Shown: positions 48,321 to 62,340 of the stretch, one piece after another
How the letters are laid out: each line of letters opens with the position of its first letter
How positions within the stretch are numbered: position 1 is the stretch's first letter
From: Octopus vulgaris
Taxonomy: Eukaryota
Length of the DNA stretch: 64,000 nt
Direction: 5' to 3'
Assembly (NCBI GenBank): GCA_951406725.2
Contig: OX597814.1
Span: 202,678,001-202,742,000, forward strand
Program-made: the position numbers and the translations under genes
The notes under the pieces: model-generated
Seen by the model: only the letters and a program-made list of their open reading frames with translations
Told to the model about the DNA's origin: nothing
The model's database searches: none

Positions 48321-49437
48321 CTTGGGAAAGAGAAAGATGAAAATATATTCTTTCTAGTAACTAGTAATGTGTCACGAACTTACCCCCTCAGTCACTCCTC
48401 AGAGACATTAGTGAATAATAATTATTATAATATAGAGTAATTATTAAATAATAATAATTACAAAGTATAGTAATTACACATCATAATAAAATTTAATTAT
48501 ACATGTTTCTAATTCACTCTTAATTTTAAGAATTAGAATGAAGTTTTGTTTCTTTCTATATAAAAACATTAATAACTTTAAGATAACTCTGCTTATTAAC
48601 CATAGATTATTTTATAAAGAGGATTAACTGTTACTACAAAATTTGATGAACATTTAGTTATACTGAATGGTAAGGATTCTTTTCTCTTTTGCTTGTGTTT
48701 TTGTTCGTGTTTTTTTTTTTGTTTTACTGAATATTTTCTGTTAGAAAAATGTTCAAGCCTATACGAGTGAGTCTTTTCAAAGTGGCATTTTGAAATGAGC
48801 TACAAAGCTTTAAATTCTCTGGAACTTGTTATTTTGATTAAAGATACTTATCTGAAACACATAATCAATACACTAATAATACTAGACATTCGGAATTGCT
48901 CTTATTAAATAATTTTCGATGAAAGCTTGTTCGATATTTCTTAATAGACTTTAATGATTAGTTGTATAATTCACTTTTGAAAGAGAGCTACTAATAAAAC
49001 TCTGCTGGTGATGTTAATCTGATTCTTAAATTATAGCCTGAAATTAGTTAGTGAGAACGAAGATAGTTATCAGTTGCATGAAATATTCGGTCTTCTCTTC
49101 TTTGGTATATTTTTTATTGATTAATATATCTTTTAAATAGAATGGCAGATCATGCAGGCATGTGTGTTAGGGTGGGCGTGATGGTGGTTGGATATATTGT
49201 TTGAGAAGATAAGCAACTGGAGTTCCAGGTCTAGGATAATGAGTTTGTATTCTGCTCTTACTCTTAATTCTTCTTCAGTGGCCATATTGTCATGCAGTCT
49301 TCAATGTTATCCCTTTTTTTTTTTTTAGTCTAAATGATGAAAACAAATAAGGGATTTTAGAGAGCAGAGCCACCCTTACACATTAATTACAATCTTCCAT
49401 AGGTTACCTAGCCATTGACAAACTAAATATATGGAAG

Positions 49438-50241
49438 CTGTAGTTCTCAAGTGGGGGGTCCATATAAGATTTTGTTGGGGTCTACATAAGCCAAATAGTA
49501 AATTGGTATCCACAGTATTATCAGTATTATTTAAACCCTTTCATTACTGTATTTCTTTTGAAATGCTTTGTGTTCTTTTCAATTACTTTAAATATAACAA
49601 AGAATTTAGTAAGATAACTTAGTTGTCATTCAGCTAGTGTTAGGAACATAAATTGTGACTAAGTTTTTGGTGGAAGATTTTAATTCAAAACTTATGAAAA
49701 CAAGACATTTGTACTCGGAACCAGAGGCGGTTTCAGTCGGGTTGGTATCAAGAGTTAAATTAATCATTTGTTAACCCTTTTGTTACCATATTTATTTTGA
49801 GATGCTCTGTTTCTTTCAATTACTTTAAATATAACAAAGAATTTAGTAAAATAACTTAGTTATAATTAAACTGGTGTTAGGAACATAAATTGTGACTAAG
49901 GTTTGGTGGAAGATTTTAATTCAAAACTTATGAAGACAAAACAAATGTACTCAGAGCCAGTGGCAGTTTTGGCCGGGTTGGTAATGAAAGGGTTAAGAGT
50001 CCATGAAAAAAATTTGCTATAGATATATTTATTGTAAGAAACAGCTAGGTTTCTTTCTCTAATGTTTTACATAGTTCAAACTACATAAGTGAATGTGTGA
50101 TAAACAGAATAGGAATTTTGAAAGAAATATGTATAAAATTAAACTTTAAGGATTAAAAGGCTACGGGGCAGAGCCACCAGAATAAAATAGTAATCAAGAA
50201 ACTCATAGATAAAAAAACAAAAAAACAGTTGAGAACTACTG
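49438..50241. mobile_element. hAT-type non-autonomous element with nested piggyBac-type MITEs
   Basis: ctgtagttctcaa ... ttgagaactactg TIRs. Related copy at ~61514-61760. Confidence 0.65.
49535..49992. mobile_element. two tandem piggyBac-type MITE copies
   Basis: Second copy TTAA|cccttttgttacc ... ggtaatgaaaggg|TTAA (49775-49992). First copy ~49535-49754. Confidence 0.75.
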
Positions 50242-50703
50242 TACTATATTATAGATCTATTTCAGCTGATTTTACCAATCAGAATGAGATAATTAGTATG
50301 TTTTCCTTACCAGCCCCTCTGATGAGTGCTGTCTTAGGTTATCACTCAATTACCTAATTCAGGCACAAAACTGATTGGTAAAATCGGCTGAAATGGATCT
50401 ATAATACTATTGTATGAATATTGATATATCCATTCTATTGACAAATATACGAGTGCTGCCTTTTTCCAGACTTATGGATTCTCAGCTCTCTCTCTCTCAT
50501 ATATATTTGTGTGTGTGTGTGTGAGATTGATTTAATATTATCTGAGTAATAACCTTATAGCATGCTTTCCAAAGCTGCTCCACAGGTATTGGCTACCAAA
50601 TGCTTTCTCTTAATATACATATGAAAATCCATGAGTATCTATAGAGTATATACCAAACAATTTTGATATATGAGAAGATGGAATGAACATGCTTTATTAC
50701 AAA

Positions 50704-50824
50704 TCACTACAATTGTTTCAGTGCACCATTATCAGCTGGTAATTGCTGAATGTTACTTATATTATATGCAATATTGCATTAATATGATCCAACAATAGCA
50801 GCATACATGCATGTCTTCAGGTGA
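50704..50824 (-). ncRNA. hammerhead-like motif with extended stem II
   Basis: Minus strand tcac-CTGAAGA-c-atgca[~85 nt]tgcac-t-GAAA-caattg-TA-gtga, followed by AATAAA. Confidence 0.55.
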
Positions 50825-50875
50825 GAAGGATCCAAAGCACTGCTAGAACATCTTTAGTTTCTCATTGCTTTTTTT

Positions 50876-51270
50876 GCATAGAAGTGGCTGTGTGGTAAGT
50901 AGCTTGCTTACAAACCACATGGTTCTGGGTTCAGTCCCACTGTGTGGCACCTTGGGAAAGTGTCTTCTACTATGGCCTCGGGCCGACCGAAGCCTTGTGA
51001 GTGGATTTGATAGACGGAAACTGAAAGAAGCCCGTCGTATATATGTATGTGTATATGTTTGTGTGCCTGTGTTTGTCGCCCCAACATCGCTTGACAACTG
51101 ATGCTGGTGTGTTTACGTCCCCGTAACTTAGTGGTTCGACAAAAGAGACCGATAGAACAAGTACTAGGCTTACAAAGAATAAGTCCTGGGGGTGATTTGC
51201 TCGACTAAAAAAGGTGATGCTCCAGCATGGCCACAGTCAAATGACTGTAACAAGTAAAAGACTAAAGAGT
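50876..51270 (+). mobile_element. SINE family A
   Basis: Near-consensus copy. Confidence 0.9.
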
Positions 51271-51530
51271 ATATATCTTACAGGTAATAAAACACAATGT
51301 ATTTCACATTGATCACACCTGTAGAGGAAAACTAAAGCGACCAACAGCAGGAGTGAGTGACAGTGAGAGATGCTAAATGCAGGTGAACAATAATACTTTC
51401 AACCAAGATGTTACAACTGTACCTGATTGTTCAATGTTTCACTTCTGGATATGTTTATTCAGTTGCTGAAATTTATCATTTGTTTCTCTCACTGATTTGA
51501 TGTGCCACTTTTTTTAACATTAATAAGACT

Positions 51531-51925
51531 TTATTTACCTTATTTACATTTGACGGATAATGTAAATCATCGTCATCATCGTTTAACGTCCGTTCTCCAT
51601 GCTAGCATGGGTTGGACGGTTCGACCGGGGTCTGGGAAGCCAGGAGGCTGCACCAGGCTCCAGTCTGATCTGGCAGTGTTTCTACAGCTGGATGCTCTTC
51701 CTAACACCAACCACTCCGTGAGTGTAGTGGGTGCTTTTTACGTGCCACCAGCACAGGTGCCAGGGGAGTCTGGCAGCGGCTATGATCAGTTGGTGCTTTT
51801 AACGTGCCACCAGCACGGAAGCCAGTCAGGGTGGCGCTGGCATCAGCCACGTTTGGATGGTGCTTTTTATGTGCCTCCGGCACAGATAATGTGCATAATT
51901 CCTCATCTCTCAAATATAGAACTGT
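51531..51925. mobile_element. fold-back family P2 element with a nested RTE-tail repeat (51568-51884)
   Basis: ttatttacatttgacggata ... cctcatctctcaaatatagaactgt. TSD attaataagact at 51519 and 51926. Confidence 0.7.
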
Positions 51926-52084
51926 ATTAATAAGACTGTCTACATTTTTGACAACATGGATATGCTAGTATATATATATATTATTTATATATATAAAGGC
52001 CAGCATGGAAAGTGAATGTTAAATGATGATGAAATGTTCCTACTCATTTTGTATATGTCTGCATCCTGTTGGAGATAGATGAAA

Positions 52085-52138
52085 ACAATTGCCATGCTGA
52101 TGATGCCTATTGAGGCAGAAACATGTTTCAGCAATTGT
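52085..52138 (+). ncRNA. hammerhead-like motif (canonical CUGAUGA/GAAA)
   Basis: acaattgc-catg-CTGATGA-tgcct[attg]aggca-GAAA-catg-TT-tca-gcaattgt. Confidence 0.5.
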
Positions 52139-54567
52139 CCCCTTATCTGCAGACAGTAAAATAATCCTTTCCCTTCTACTAGTATTCTTATAATTTCTAA
52201 ACAGTTTGTTGCATTTTAATTTTCTTCTTCTCTTAAATAACATCTGTATTAATAATTTCGACTAATTATATACATGTATATCCTGTTTCTTCTCCTTCAC
52301 TTGCCTGTTCTTTAATAACTTTAGCTTTCTGGAATATTAGTTGCTATTTTGATTAAGATTTAAATAAATCACAAAATTAAATGTACAGTTGGACTACTTT
52401 TGCCAGATAATTATTTATTATATCTCACTGTAACAATGTCTTTCAGTTTTCTACTTCACTTCATCATTTTAGTGTCGCTAATTTCAATTATTTAATATGC
52501 TCTCTGAAAATTTTAATGAGGTATAATTCTTGTATTGTTTACTACTGCTACTACTACTACTACTACTACTGATAATAATAACAACAACAATAATAATAAA
52601 TGATGAAGGCAACCAGGATATTGCCCTACCTGAGGATGTACAAGTGGATGTTAAAGATCTGGGAAAAACTGAGAAGTACAAGCCACTAAAAGATGTCGTT
52701 GCATGAATGCAGGCCAGTGGTTCCCAACCTTTTCACTACCAAGGACCCCTTTTATTTGAATGAGTTTTCCCACGGACCCCTTTTAAATTTTATCCTTATG
52801 TATCATCATCATTATGGACCTTGACAGAATTTGAACTCAGAAGGTAGCAACTGGTAAAATACTACCTTAATAATAATAATAATAATAATAATAGTTTCAA
52901 ATTTTGGCACAAGGCCAGCAAGTTTTGGAGAGGAGCTAAGTTGATTACACTGACCCCAGTGTTCAACTGGTACTTATTTTATCAACTCCAAAAAGATGGA
53001 AGGCCAAGTCAACCATGGCAGAATTTGACCCAGAATATAAACACAGTTGAAATGCTGCTAAGCATTTTTCCCAGCCTGCTAACAACTCTTTCAGCTTGCC
53101 ACCATCATCATACATCTGCTTTCCATGTTGTCATGGGTTGGATGGGTCATCGTAGATCGAGTCAGTCCTCATTCTAAGTTATTCCCTTTCCAGGCCTTAT
53201 CTGCTTGATTTTTTTTTTTTGTTTCCTCCACTTGGATGCTCTTCTTTATACCAACCAACTTACAGAATGAACTGGGTGCGTTTTAACATGGCACCAACAC
53301 TAGAGAGATTACAGTGTCTTCAACAAGACAGAATTAAGGGTCCTGTTAACCCCATGATGCTTCCACTTGTCTGTCAACCACTTGAAAAGGTTTAATGGAG
53401 ACATTTTAGCCAGCGCCACCTTGACTGACTTGCGTGCACGTAAAAAAGCACCAACCGATCATGGCCGTTGCCAGCCTCACCTGGCACCTGTGCCGGTGGC
53501 ACATAAAAAGCACCCACTACACTCATGGAGTAGTTGGCGTTAGGAAGGGCATCCAGCTGTAGAAACACTGCCAGATCAGACTGGAGCCTGGTGCAGCCTC
53601 CTGGTTTCCCAGACCCCTTCCTAATGCTAACCACTCCGAGAGTGCAGTGGGTGCTGTTACGTGCCACCCGCACATCATTGTATAACATCCATTTTCCATG
53701 CTGTCATGGGTTGGACAGTTTGACCAGGGCTAACCAGCTGGGGAGCTGTCTAGCTTCCAATTGTCTGTCATGGCATGGTTTCTACAGCTGGATGCCACTT
53801 CCTAATGCCAACCACTTTACGGAATGTGCTGGATGTTTTTTTCCATGCCACCGCGAAAAAAGTAGTAAAGTAATATTTAATGTCAATAAATATATTTTTA
53901 TCACAAATATATTTTTAATGTCAATAATGTTGTAATTTTATAGCAGAATCTTTAGTTTATAACTAAAATGTATTTTTAATGTCAATAGTACTGCATTTTT
54001 AAGGAAAGATTATTTTCCCCCTGAGCTGAACATTGTATTTTATGGAGAAATTATATTATCAAGAAAGCATTTTTGTCTAAATTTTAATATTTTTGTTAAA
54101 TTTGTATAAATATTCACTCAGGACATATTCATTGCAGCATATAATCTGTGCTAATTATTTTGATTTAATTGAATGTTTAAAAAAAATATTTATTGACAAT
54201 AAGATTTGAATTGAAAATAAAAGTTTAATTGTAATTATAACTTTACCAGAACTAGATAGGTCAGTTGTGCAGATTGCACACATTTAATTACCAAATGATC
54301 TTTAGATAATAAAGCATGTTCTGCTTTGCACTTTTCATTAAAAGTAAAATGTGTCTATTTGCTCAGAACACAAGAAAATTTTTAATTTTTTATAAGCCAT
54401 AAAAACAAGACACAAACCTCAAAAGACGGATTACAGTTAATCACATGCTGCTTGGAATAACAAATTACACAGTTGCCCCCTTTAAAAAAGAAATACACAA
54501 TAATAATAATTATAATAATAATAATAAAGGGAGAAAACAAAGTAAATGAATATTGTAAAATGTCTAT

Positions 54568-54960
54568 AAGCACAAGTGTGGTTGTGTGGTAAGATGCTTG
54601 TTTCTCAGCCACATGGTTCCAGGTTCAATCCCACTGTGACATCTTGGGCAAGTGTCTTCTACTATAGCCTCAAGGCAACAAAAGCCTTGGGAATGGATTT
54701 GGCTGATGGAAACTGAAGGAAGCTTGTCATTGTGTGTGTGTGTGTGTGTGTGTGTCTTTGTGCTTGTGTTTGTCCCTCACCACCACTTGACAACTGGTGT
54801 TCATGTGTTTACATCCCTGTAACTTACCAGTTCAGCAAAAGGGACTGATAGAATAAGTACCAGGCTGAACAAGAAGTAAGTACTGGGGTTAGTTTGTTAT
54901 ACTAAACCCTTCAAGGCGATGCCCCAGCATGGCTGCAGTCTAATAATTGAAATAAGTGAA
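54568..54960 (+). mobile_element. SINE family A
   Basis: Full copy. Confidence 0.85.
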
Positions 54961-54969
54961 TTAGAATAA

Positions 54970-55260
54970 GAATAGCCTGGGCAATGTTCAGAAAGCTCCT
55001 ACATCTACTGGTGGCAAAGAGCCTCTCGCTCAGGGTGAAAGGTAGATTGTATGATGCATGTGTGCAAACTGCCATGCTACACGACTGTGACTGCTGAAGA
55101 CATGTGTAGGCTTGAAAGAAATGAAGCTAGTATGATCCGCTGGATGTGTAATGTCAGTGTGCACACACGACAGAGTATAAGCACCCTGAGAGAAATGTTA
55201 AAATAAGAAGCATCAAATGTGGTGTGCAAGAGATATGACTGTGCTGGTATGGTCATTTGT
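54970..55260 (+). pseudogene. internal RTE fragment homologous to ~25650-25940
   Basis: AWAMFRKLL..LSLRVKGRLYDACV..TAEDMCRLERNEASMIRWMC. Confidence 0.85.
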
Positions 55261-55264
55261 AGGG

Positions 55265-55667
55265 AGAGTTAAGTCGATTACATTGCCCCCAGTGTTTATC
55301 AACCCCAAAAGAATGAAAGGCAAAGTCAACCATGGCAAAATTTGAACTCAGAACGTAGCAATGAGTGAAATAACACTAAGCATTTTGCCCAGCATGCTAA
55401 CGATTCTGCCAACTCGCCACCGTAAGGTAAAAGCATAGTAATAATAATGATCCTTTCTTCTAAAGGCACAAGGCCTGAAATTTTGGGGAGGGGACTACTT
55501 AATTACATCGACCCCCCAGTGTTTCACTGGTACTTAATTTATCGACCCTGAAAGGATGAAAGGCAAAGTTGACCACAGCGTAATTTGAACTCAGAATGTA
55601 GTAACAGGCAAAATACCACTAGGCATTTTGCCTGGTGTGGTAACGATTCTGCCAGTTCACCACCTTA
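55265..55667 (-). mobile_element. two tandem SINE family B copies
   Basis: Two reverse-complement copies, each followed by a similar aaaa(g)catagtaataataatga flank. Confidence 0.8.
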
Positions 55668-58656
55668 ATGTAAAAACACAGTAATAATAATGAGTATAAT
55701 AATAATAATGATAATAATAATTACTACTGTTATAGAAATGTTTTGATATTAAGGTTGAAAAAAATTGACCTAGTTTGTAAAGAAAATTTGGTCCTGGGTT
55801 TGCAATTCCTAAACAAGTTTGATTCCTGCCCTCACGAGCTCCTTATAAATGCTAATGAAATTACAGCAAATTCACCCTTGAAACATTTGTACCTTGATAT
55901 AATGTCAGTTAAGTTTCCATTATCTATCAAACAAGCCTAGCGTTGTACAAAGATGTCAACTTCATACTATTAACTGTCAAGGCAGTTCAGTTAATGTTAT
56001 TCTGACATTTTCCTCTGTATTTTACTCATGGAGATGGCACTTGCACTGGGAGAACTCCAAATTCAGAGCAATATCATTTATTGTAAGAAAATCCTATATC
56101 AAGTATCCAAAACTGTTTCCTTTGGCAAATTGCTTGTGATAAATCCTTAAATTGTTATAAGACATACATACATACGTACATACATACATTATATAACTTG
56201 AGGCGAATTATATGCATGATTTAACTTAGTTTATCATTTATAGTAAACTCCTCTATGTATTAAGTTTGTATCTCAGATGGAAAAGTTAGAATACATATCA
56301 AATATGTGATGGATAAATGTTGAAGTTTTGTACAATTTGAAATATTTAATGGAATATATGTTCATATAGATATTTATGGAACTAATTTAGTTTGCTTTTT
56401 TATATTTATTATGTGTTTTATACATAAAAAAAATTATATATTTTTTTATTCTGAGAAAACTTATGAAAATATGGAAATTGTATCCTCGTCCATAACACCA
56501 CTAGTGATGTGTGTGTTTGTGCATGTGAAAACCATATCACACAGGGATATCAAAGGAATTTATGAAGGGCTGGGGGACATGAACGAATGCAAACAAACCC
56601 AGCTTGTCATTGATTGGTGACTAACACATACAGGTACATACACACAAATATGGCTGCCTGGTTATGAAGCTTGCTTTGCAACTACATCGGTTTGAGTTCA
56701 GCCCCACTGTATAGCATCTTACATAAGTGTCTTCTACTATAGCTCCAGGCTGACCAATGCCTTGTGAGAAGAGTTGAAAGATGGAATCTGCGTGGAAGAC
56801 AGTTGTATCTATGTGTGTGTGTGTAGCTTTGCTGCCCCCACCCCCAATCCTTCACAACCAGTATTGGTTTGTTTACATCCCCATAATCAGTAGTCCATTT
56901 AAAGAGATCAACAGAATAAGTGCCGTCATCATCATCATCATCATCGTTTAATGTCCGCTTTCCATGCTGACCTGGGTTGTGCCAAGCTCCAATCTGATCT
57001 GGCAAGGTTTCTACATCTGGATGCCCTTCTAAAAACTAAGGACTGGGATTCGTTTGTTCAACTAAACCTTTCAAGGTGGTGCCCCAACATGGCCACGGTC
57101 CAATGACTAAAATATGTGAAAGATAGAAGACTCGTAATAATTACACAGAATCATTAGAGCATTTAGATATTTAGATAAAAGCACAAAAAGCAAGCCTTCG
57201 GCTATTTGTTGCGGCTCTTTATATCCTGAGTTCAAATCCTACACAAAACAACTTTACATTTCATCCTGCCGTAGTTTATAAAAAAAACAAGAGATGTATC
57301 ATGCAGTGGGACTAAACCTGGAACTCATGTATGTATGTATAGCTAGTTATAATAACATTTTTTAAAAAATACTATAGCATTTTAAAAAAAATATAACACA
57401 ACTCGATATGACTTCAACTTCTGTAAGTAGAATCATAAGGTTTTGTAATACTGCTTTTCTTTGGATTGTAATATTTAAGCGCTTGAAACCTAACATCTCA
57501 ATGAGTTTTTTTATGTATTTTGTATTCCCATGAGAAAGGAACTTGACCTATGAAAATCTGTCATCCACTTTGATTTTTGTTATACATACATATATATATA
57601 TATGTGTGTGTGTGTGTGTATATGTATGTATGTATATATGAGCAGGTGTGGTTGCTTCCCAACCAAGTGTTTTCAGGTTCAGTCCTGCTGCAAAACACCT
57701 TGTGCAACCCAAAGCATTGTGGGTGAATTTGATAAATGGTAGCTGAAAGAAGCCCATTGTGTGTATGTGTGTGCGTGCATGTGTGACAGTGTTTATGTCT
57801 CCTTGTCTTGACATCACGTAATCATAGTGAATGAACACGAGTTCCACACAGCAGTACCATTTTCAATATTCTGCTAAATTTTATCTGCATGGGGCAAAAT
57901 ATTATCTTGGCTAGAAACTGGCAAGAGTTGGTGACAGGAAGGGCATCCAGACATAGAATATCTGCCTCACAAATATCTGTCTGACTCGTACAAAGCTTGG
58001 GAAAGTGGACATTGAAGAGATTATACATATATGCTCGCTTAGGATGGCCCATCGATAGTGATGGCTGTGCCAATCCAGGACATTCCTTCTTCTTTGCCTG
58101 CAGCGCATTGTTTCTCATGTGAGCAGATGTCACTAACAAGACTGATATAAGATAGGCAGATCCTGTGACTCCCAAACAACAGCCACAGGGGCTTGATGAC
58201 AAGGTCTCCTATCCTCTCCTGCATTTGGTTTCAAAGTGCTTTATTCCAGTATCACACACACCTTCCAGATACTCCATGCATGCATGCATGTGTGTGTGTT
58301 TCTGCGTGTTATCATTTTAATGTCTCCTTTTCCATGCTTACGTGAGTCAGACATGACTTTGTCAAGGCAGAGTTTTGTACAGCCTGATGCCTTTCCTGAC
58401 ACCAACCCTTACCTATTTCCCCATCATAGTAAATAATCATCCAATCTATCAAACAACAATCAACCTGGACATGCTTTTGCAGAGGACAGCAAAGAAATCA
58501 CACTTTGAATTAACAGTGAGGCTTTTGTTTACAATTAGTACGCAAATATCAAGAGAAAAGGGAAATGGAATCGGTCACCTAAATATGCACTCTCACACAC
58601 ATACACACATGACAGAGTGCTATCTTTTTCTTATATATTTTGCATTCATATCTTAT

Positions 58657-59030
58657 AGGCGTAGGAGTGGCTGTGTGGTAAGTAACTTGCTTACCAACCA
58701 CATGGTTCCGGGTTCAGTCCCACTGTGTGGCACCTTGGGCAAGTGTTTTCTACTATAGCCTCAGGCCGACCAAAGCCTTGTGAGTGGATTTGGTAGACGG
58801 AAACTGAAAGAAGCCTGTCGTATATATGTATATATATAAATATGTATGTGTGTGTATACATTTGTGTGTCTGTGTTTGTCACCCCAACATCGCTTGACAA
58901 CCAATGCTGGTGTCTGATAGAATAAATACTAGGCTTACAAAGAATAAGTCCTGGAGTCAATTTGTTCAATTAAAGGTGGTGCTCCAGCATGGCCGCAGTC
59001 AAATGACTGAAAGTGTAAAGAGTAAGAGTA
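58657..59030 (+). mobile_element. SINE family A
   Basis: Near-consensus copy. Confidence 0.9.
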
Positions 59031-60713
59031 TACTCACTTTGTATCTTGACAGTATGTTCTCACCATCTCTCTCTCTTTTTCCAACTGAGGAAGCCAGGTA
59101 TCTCTTCTTCAGCATGACAGTTGTTCATGTCACTCTATCATACGTCCCCTTCAATACTGATCCCCACCCCCACCAACATGCACACTCGGGTGAGCTGTCT
59201 TGTCTTATGAATTACGCGGTGACGTCACTAGTGCTGGTCACACAAGAGCAGCACTCAATACACTTTGTAAAGAAGCTGGTGTTGTGAAGGGCATCCAGCC
59301 ATAGAACCCCCATGCCAAAGTAGATATTGAAGTTCAATGCAGTCCTGGTTTGTCAGTTCCTGTTAAGCTGTCCACTCCATGCCACCATGGAAAATGGATG
59401 TTAAACAACTATGATTATGACGATGATGATGAATGTTCTGTTGTGTGTGTGTGTGTATGTGTGTGTGTGTGTGTGTGTGCAAAATAAATACAAAAATAAA
59501 TAGGAAATAAATTGAGTACATTATTTGACCAAAAGAATGGGTTTTTTTTTTTTTCGACCATCAATTAATTTTTCCATTGATAACATTCTTAACTAAATTT
59601 AAAATGTTATGGATAGCAATACATTGTAAGTCAATAACTTAGAAATATATACAAGTCATGAATACTCAATATGAAACTCCGGGAAAAAAAAAAAAAAACA
59701 AAAAAAAAAAAAGAAAAAAAAAAAAAAACAACATTCCTCCAAAATTGATTTAATATTTCTTAAAAACACAAAGTGTAACATTGTTGTTAATGTACACTAG
59801 ACATGGCGTTTCATTTCAGTTCTATTCAAGCAAAAGCACATACCACATACCACCACCACCACCGCCGCCATCGCCACTACCACCACCGCCTTCACCAACA
59901 TCGCGTCTAACATGTATCTTTTGTTTTCTCTCTCTCATCTAAATTTCAGCTTATATACCTTTTTTTGGTTCTTTTTTCTTTCTTTTAATAAAATAGCTAA
60001 CAAGCAAAATCGAATCAATAATTTCTAATTTTGTACAAATGAATAGATGTCAATAACTTTTGGCAGTCGGCCATTGGAAGAGAAAGAAAGCAAAAAGTAA
60101 AATTTAAAACACATTTATAGTGGTACGTAAACCATAAATATTGATAGTATTTCAACCATTTTTTTTATATATATATATTGTTCTACACATATTTCGAACC
60201 TGTGTTTTTCATTTTTTTTTTTCTTGTTAGAATATCAGAAATAAAGACCAAAAAAAAAAAATCAAAATTGAATAAAATAACATTGACCTTGAGGTATAAA
60301 ATGTGAAGAGAGAGAAAGAAAAGTAATAATATTCGTTCTGTAAAACACGGATGTAATGAATTAAGCTTGCAATATTTTGAATACATATCCTTTAAATGGT
60401 TTATTTATTTGTTTATTTATTTATTTTTGTATTTTGGAAGAATCAATATTGCCATGTCAAAACGCTTGCTGCTAAATGCTCATTTCGTATAACTAAAACA
60501 AAAAGAAAAAGACATGTTGCTGTTAGGTTGCAGAACAATAAGAACACAAATATATAAATGAAAAGAGAGAAAGGGTTTCCCCACATCTTTAACACTTTCA
60601 AGGTTGATGCCACCACCACCACTACTACTCTTGAGAACACACTATCATTCTCCTAAATTATAATGGAAACTTACTTTCTCACTCACTATTTCTGCATCGA
60701 TCTTAGTCTATCT

Positions 60714-60754
<41 letters not shown>

Positions 60755-60755
<1 letters not shown>

Positions 60756-61053
60756 GAGGCGCAGTGGCCCAGTGGTTAGGGCAGTGGACTCACAGTCGTA
60801 GGATCGCAGTTTTGATTCCCAAACTGGGCGTTGTGAGTGTTTATTGAGCAAAAACACCTAAAACCTCCACAAAGCTCCGGCAGGGGGTGGTGATCCCTGC
60901 TGTACTCTTTCACCACTCTTTCGCTCACTCTTTCTTCTGTTGGCCTGCTCGCTTAGCCAACGGGGTGGCATCATTCGAAGGCTAAAACAATGCGAACGCA
61001 TTGTGACCAGCGATGTGTAGCAACATCTGATGGTCTGGTCAGTCACGTGGTCA
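60755..61053 (+). mobile_element. tRNA-derived SINE family C
   Basis: ggaggcgcagtggcccagtggttagg (A box)...gattccc (B box). Inserted in (TA)n. Confidence 0.8.
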
Positions 61054-61947
61054 CTATATATATATATAGTTAATTTTTACAAAGTCAAGGGGGAGGAAAA
61101 GATAGAGATTGTCAGAGTGTTGTGTTTGTATTACATACTGGCAGCCTGTTAAAGAGAGGAAAAATCTCTTAAACAGAATGATGATACATGATTGTGAGGG
61201 GTTCTTTAGTTCTGCTACAGACATCTTTTCTTATGTATGGTAAAAAATACACCCAGTCCTCGTTGTAAGGTGATTGGATGGTAAGAAGGATACCCAGTTG
61301 TTAACTGGCCCTCCTCAAAAGATCTTCATGCACAACAGCACAGATTGACAATTTTGCCTGTTATGTGTGAGGTGGCTAAGGACTATGACATGTGATGCTG
61401 AGAAGCTGTGAGACTGATGCAATTCATGTGAGCTTGATAAAACATGTATAATGATTGCAAAGTGTGTGTGATTCATTTTTACATCTGTTTTTCTATTTTA
61501 GTATGGATTAGATCAGTAGTTCTCAAGCAGGTCCATATGACCCTTGGACCTCCATATAAGAGTTTTTTAAAATTAAGTGCAATTAATTGTTTACATTCTA
61601 CAATGCACAAACTGTTTTACGAATTTTTTATGCAGTTCCTAATAGCATTTTATCATAAATATACAATAAGGCTTTTTTTTTCTTTTTTTGAAATATCAGT
61701 TGGCTATATGGGTCCACCTGAATACAATAGAGATCAAATGGGTTCATAGGGATTAAATAAATATATCATTGAGACAGGGTTTAACAACCAGATGCTCTTC
61801 ACCCAATGATCCTTAGCCTGTTTTTTAAGTACAGAATTTCTTATTTCATGATCATCAAAGGTACAAATTGAACAGATGACTTGTCGAGAGGAGAAGCAGC
61901 AACAACACTGCTCTTAGCTTCTAGTTTACATTGACATTGTAGAATGT

Positions 61948-62340
61948 TAAGGTGGTGGGCTGGCAGAATCGGTAGCACGCCGGGTGAAATGCTTAGCAGT
62001 ATTTCGTCTGCCGTTATGTTCTGAGTTCAAATTCCACCGAGGTCAACTTTGACTTTCATCCTTCTGGGGTCGATTAAATAAGTACCAGTTATGCACTGGG
62101 GTCGATATAATCAACTTAATCCATTTGTCTGTCCTTGTTTGTCCTCTCTGTGTTTAGCCCCTTGTGGGTAGTAAAGAAATAGGTATTTCATTTGTCTTTA
62201 CATTCTGAGTTCAAATTCCACTAAAGCCGACTTTGCCTTTCATCTTTTTGGGGTCAATAAGTACCAGTTGTGTACTGGAGTCGATCTAATTGCCTAGCCC
62301 AATCCCCCCAAATTTCAGGCTTTGTGCCTAGAGTAGAGAA
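61948..62340 (+). mobile_element. SINE family B (dimeric/compound)
   Basis: Two ctgagttcaaattcc...ctttcatc..ggggtc modules. Confidence 0.8.
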
